DNA from: Bacillota bacterium
GTDB lineage: Bacteria > Bacillota > Clostridia > Tissierellales > Tissierellaceae
Reading direction: 5' to 3'
NCBI GenBank assembly: GCA_030602225.1
Contig: JAUWAD010000002.1
Span: forward strand, 12,418 to 76,417
Length of the DNA: 64,000 bases
The translations under genes were made by a program, and so were the position numbers. Numbering within the stretch: the first letter of the stretch is position 1; every line of letters begins with the position of its first letter. The notes beneath the pieces are model-generated. The model had not been told where the DNA came from. It was given only the letters and a program-made list of their open reading frames with translations, and ran no database searches. Positions 61,515-64,000 of this stretch are shown in pieces.

Positions 61515-62654
61515 TTATCTAGTTGTTACAGCAACTTTTACTAAACCTAATTCACTTGTTAATTCTTGAGCAGTTGCATATCCAGTAGCATCTTGAACAT
61601 CAATAGAACGAATGATTGAAACACTACCTGCTGCTAACTTACCAAAAATCTCATCATAATCTGCTTTTGTGAAACTTTCAAATCTATCAAATGCATCTCC
61701 GTTTGGATCTCCAATAACTTCTGTAGGAAGACCAACTCCATCATTTGATGCATTAAAGAAAGTTGACTTTCCTGAATAAGTTGACCAGCTATCAGTTTTA
61801 TAGATAGATTCAAGAACAGCTATAACTGAAGGAGCAAGTCCTTTTGTTGCTGAAGTTATAACAGTATCACTATCATATCTTTGGTCAACGTCTACACCTA
61901 TAACCTTCGCTCCCATTTCTGAAGCTGCTGACATAACACTTTTACCTACTGCTCCACCTGCTGCAAATATTACTTCTGTACCTTCTTGATACATAGTTCT
62001 AGCTGTAGCTTTATTTGTGTCATTTTCTTCAAAGTTTCCAGTATAGTGATAAGTTACCTTAATTGATCCATTAGCTAATCCTAATTCACTAGCTGCATCT
62101 TCTGCACCTTGAAGGAATCCATAACCAAATGCTTGAACTGCAGGTACTGCCATACCACCCATGAATCCAAGGTTTCTCATTCCATCCATAACAGCAGCAT
62201 AACCTGCAAGATATCCTGATTCCTCTTCAGCATAGAATATACTAGCTACATTTTCCTTTGTCTCAAAAACTGACCATGTAGCATCATGTGGTGCACCATC
62301 AAGTAGGATGAACTTAACTTCTGGATATTTGTTCTGTGCTTCAAATATTGGAACTTCGAACAAGAAACCAGGTGTTACGATTACTTTAGCTCCACCAGTA
62401 ACTGCTAGATCAATTGCTGCTAGATAACCTGAATCTGTTGCTTCTTCTGGCTTAATGTACTGATGTGAGATTTTCTCAGCTTCAGCAAACTCTACAACGC
62501 CTTCCCAGGATCCTTGGTTAAATGATTTGTCATCGATGTTTCCCTTGTCTGTAATTAAAGCGATTTCGAATGTGCTTGATGTTCCACCGCTACAACCTGC
62601 AAGTCCAACTGCCACTAATGTAATTGCCAAAATAATTGCAAGTACTCTTTTCAT
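61515..62654 (-). CDS. BMP/PnrA family nucleoside-binding lipoprotein
   Basis: Lipobox LAGC; DDKSFNQGSWEG, GYLAG, AAGGAVG, IGVDVDQ, SATK. Confidence 0.93.
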   Translation of the reverse strand: MKRVLAIILAITLVAVGLAGCSGGTSSTFEIALITDKGNIDDKSFNQGSWEGVVEFAEAEKISHQYIKPEEATDSGYLAAIDLAVTGGAKVIVTPGFLFEVPIFEAQNKYPEVKFILLDGAPHDATWSVFETKENVASIFYAEEESGYLAGYAAVMDGMRNLGFMGGMAVPAVQAFGYGFLQGAEDAASELGLANGSIKVTYHYTGNFEENDTNKATARTMYQEGTEVIFAAGGAVGKSVMSAASEMGAKVIGVDVDQRYDSDTVITSATKGLAPSVIAVLESIYKTDSWSTYSGKSTFFNASNDGVGLPTEVIGDPNGDAFDRFESFTKADYDEIFGKLAAGSVSIIRSIDVQDATGYATAQELTSELGLVKVAVTTR

Positions 62655-62703
62655 TATACTACTCCCCCTTATTTTTGTGTTACGACTTTCGTCTATGGGT
62701 AAA

Positions 62704-62732
62704 TTATACCCCTTTCTGTAATTTTATTCAAG
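62704..62732 (-). promoter_or_regulatory. Sigma-A promoter of the nucleoside ABC operon
   Basis: TTGAAT-17 nt-TATAAT. Confidence 0.65.
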
Positions 62733-62854
62733 ATTAATCCCCACTAATTGAGCTATTCACTTAATCCTACAGTGGAGAAATAAAATTACACTCCTTCATT
62801 AATTACCCTCTTACTCTACAAGTAAAACCTTTTCATAACTAAATAATTAAAAGT

Positions 62855-64000
62855 TTAGTCAAATTTTATCCTAACCATATCTCTTCCACTTTCCTTTATT
62901 GCATACAATTCCCGATCTGCAGATTCAATAATACCTTTTAGATTTTTATAATAGTCCAATGGTCCATAAATTCCACCAATACTGAAGGTTACATTTGTTC
63001 TTATGTTATTGAAGTAATAATATAAGTCCAGCTCCCTTATGATCTCCCTTAACTTTTCTCCATATATCTGTGCTTCTTCTCTATTCATGGATGTGGAAAC
63101 ATATATGAATTCTTCACCACCATATCTCCCAAAAAGATCCTCTTCATAACATTTATTCCTCATTATTTTATCAGCAATGGACTTTAGGCAATTATCTCCT
63201 TCACTATGGCCCCAGTAATCGTTATATCTTTTAAAATAGTCGATGTCCATAATAAATACGCAGATATTATCATCTGAAGACTTATCAGTTAGAAGGTTAT
63301 TAATATGCATACTTATTCGTCTTCTGTTTGGAATTTTTGTCAGATCATCTTCATAAGCTTTCTTTTCTAACTCAATATTTATCTGTTTAATTCTTTCCAA
63401 CTCTGATTTTTGATTTTTCACTTCCATCTCCAGAACTTCCTTCATCCTCTCAAGCTGCTTGGTTTCCTCAAGAAATCTAAGTTCCACATTTAAGATTTCT
63501 AATTTCTTCCCTAAATTAGTTGCCACAATTTCTTTATCCAATCTACAATATCGTTTGTAGATTTCCAAAGCTTCTTTAAAATTACCATGCACTTCATAAA
63601 AACCTGACAGATTCAATAATGATTCCAATGATTTCTTCTTAGCATTAATAAGTTCTGAATACTTAAAAGCTTTCTCAAAATACTTCAGGCTGGAAGTATT
63701 CTCTATGTTCAAGAGTCCTATATTTATAAGTACATCTATAACAAAATACTTATTATCCATCTTTTCTAACCGGTCATATGCTGTATTGAAGTACTTAGCT
63801 GCTAACTCATCATTTCCAAGTGTCTGATGAATCCTTCCTATTCTATTTTCAACTTCTCCAAGGCTTATGTTGTCATTATCATTTTTAAGTTGGTTATAAC
63901 TAAGAGTAAAGTACTCAAGGGCTTTATCATAGTTACCTTTTACAAAGTATATTTCACCAATATTCCCATGTATTATTGCCTTGCTATTATGGTTACCTGA
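62855..64000 (-). CDS. TPR-repeat GGDEF diguanylate cyclase (5' end beyond the window)
   Basis: The frame is open from 64000 (HGNIGEIYFVKGNYDKALEYF...GEVENRIGRIH, TPR-like), so the track's start at 63760 is internal; DDLTKIPNRR, DIDYFKRYND.WGH..GD, RYGGEEF. Confidence 0.9.
   Translation of the reverse strand, partial: SGNHNSKAIIHGNIGEIYFVKGNYDKALEYFTLSYNQLKNDNDNISLGEVENRIGRIHQTLGNDELAAKYFNTAYDRLEKMDNKYFVIDVLINIGLLNIENTSSLKYFEKAFKYSELINAKKKSLESLLNLSGFYEVHGNFKEALEIYKRYCRLDKEIVATNLGKKLEILNVELRFLEETKQLERMKEVLEMEVKNQKSELERIKQINIELEKKAYEDDLTKIPNRRRISMHINNLLTDKSSDDNICVFIMDIDYFKRYNDYWGHSEGDNCLKSIADKIMRNKCYEEDLFGRYGGEEFIYVSTSMNREEAQIYGEKLREIIRELDLYYYFNNIRTNVTFSIGGIYGPLDYYKNLKGIIESADRELYAIKESGRDMVRIKFD

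Overview
A 64-kb, AT-rich chromosomal segment from an anaerobic low-GC Firmicute. Gene content and strong AGGAGG RBSs suggest Clostridia/Tissierellales, which is an inference. I saw no rRNA, tRNA, CRISPR array, transposase or prophage. The window is densely coding with housekeeping and accessory genes: NatAB, Opp-type ABC, Met ABC (T-box controlled), nucleoside ABC, an 11-gene-like Mrp/Mnh antiporter cluster (10 ORFs, three MrpD-type subunits), fba, serC-like/serA/DUF1015, a second FtsEX, sodA, tnaA, a two-component system, a sirtuin and three GGDEF proteins. The most unusual elements are: (1) an Opp/Dpp-type ABC operon with no substrate-binding protein, whose OppC-like permease is fused to an extracellular M28 peptidase-fold domain that has lost most catalytic and metal residues, possibly a built-in receptor; (2) a CarH-like B12 photosensor module on an XRE (not MerR) DNA-binding domain, immediately downstream of a sortase-anchored fasciclin; (3) an LDH-family 2-hydroxyacid dehydrogenase embedded in a Met-T-box-controlled metNQI operon; (4) an FtsEX paralogue whose coiled-coil partner lacks a recognisable hydrolase domain. 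All assignments come from motif recognition by eye; no database searches were run.
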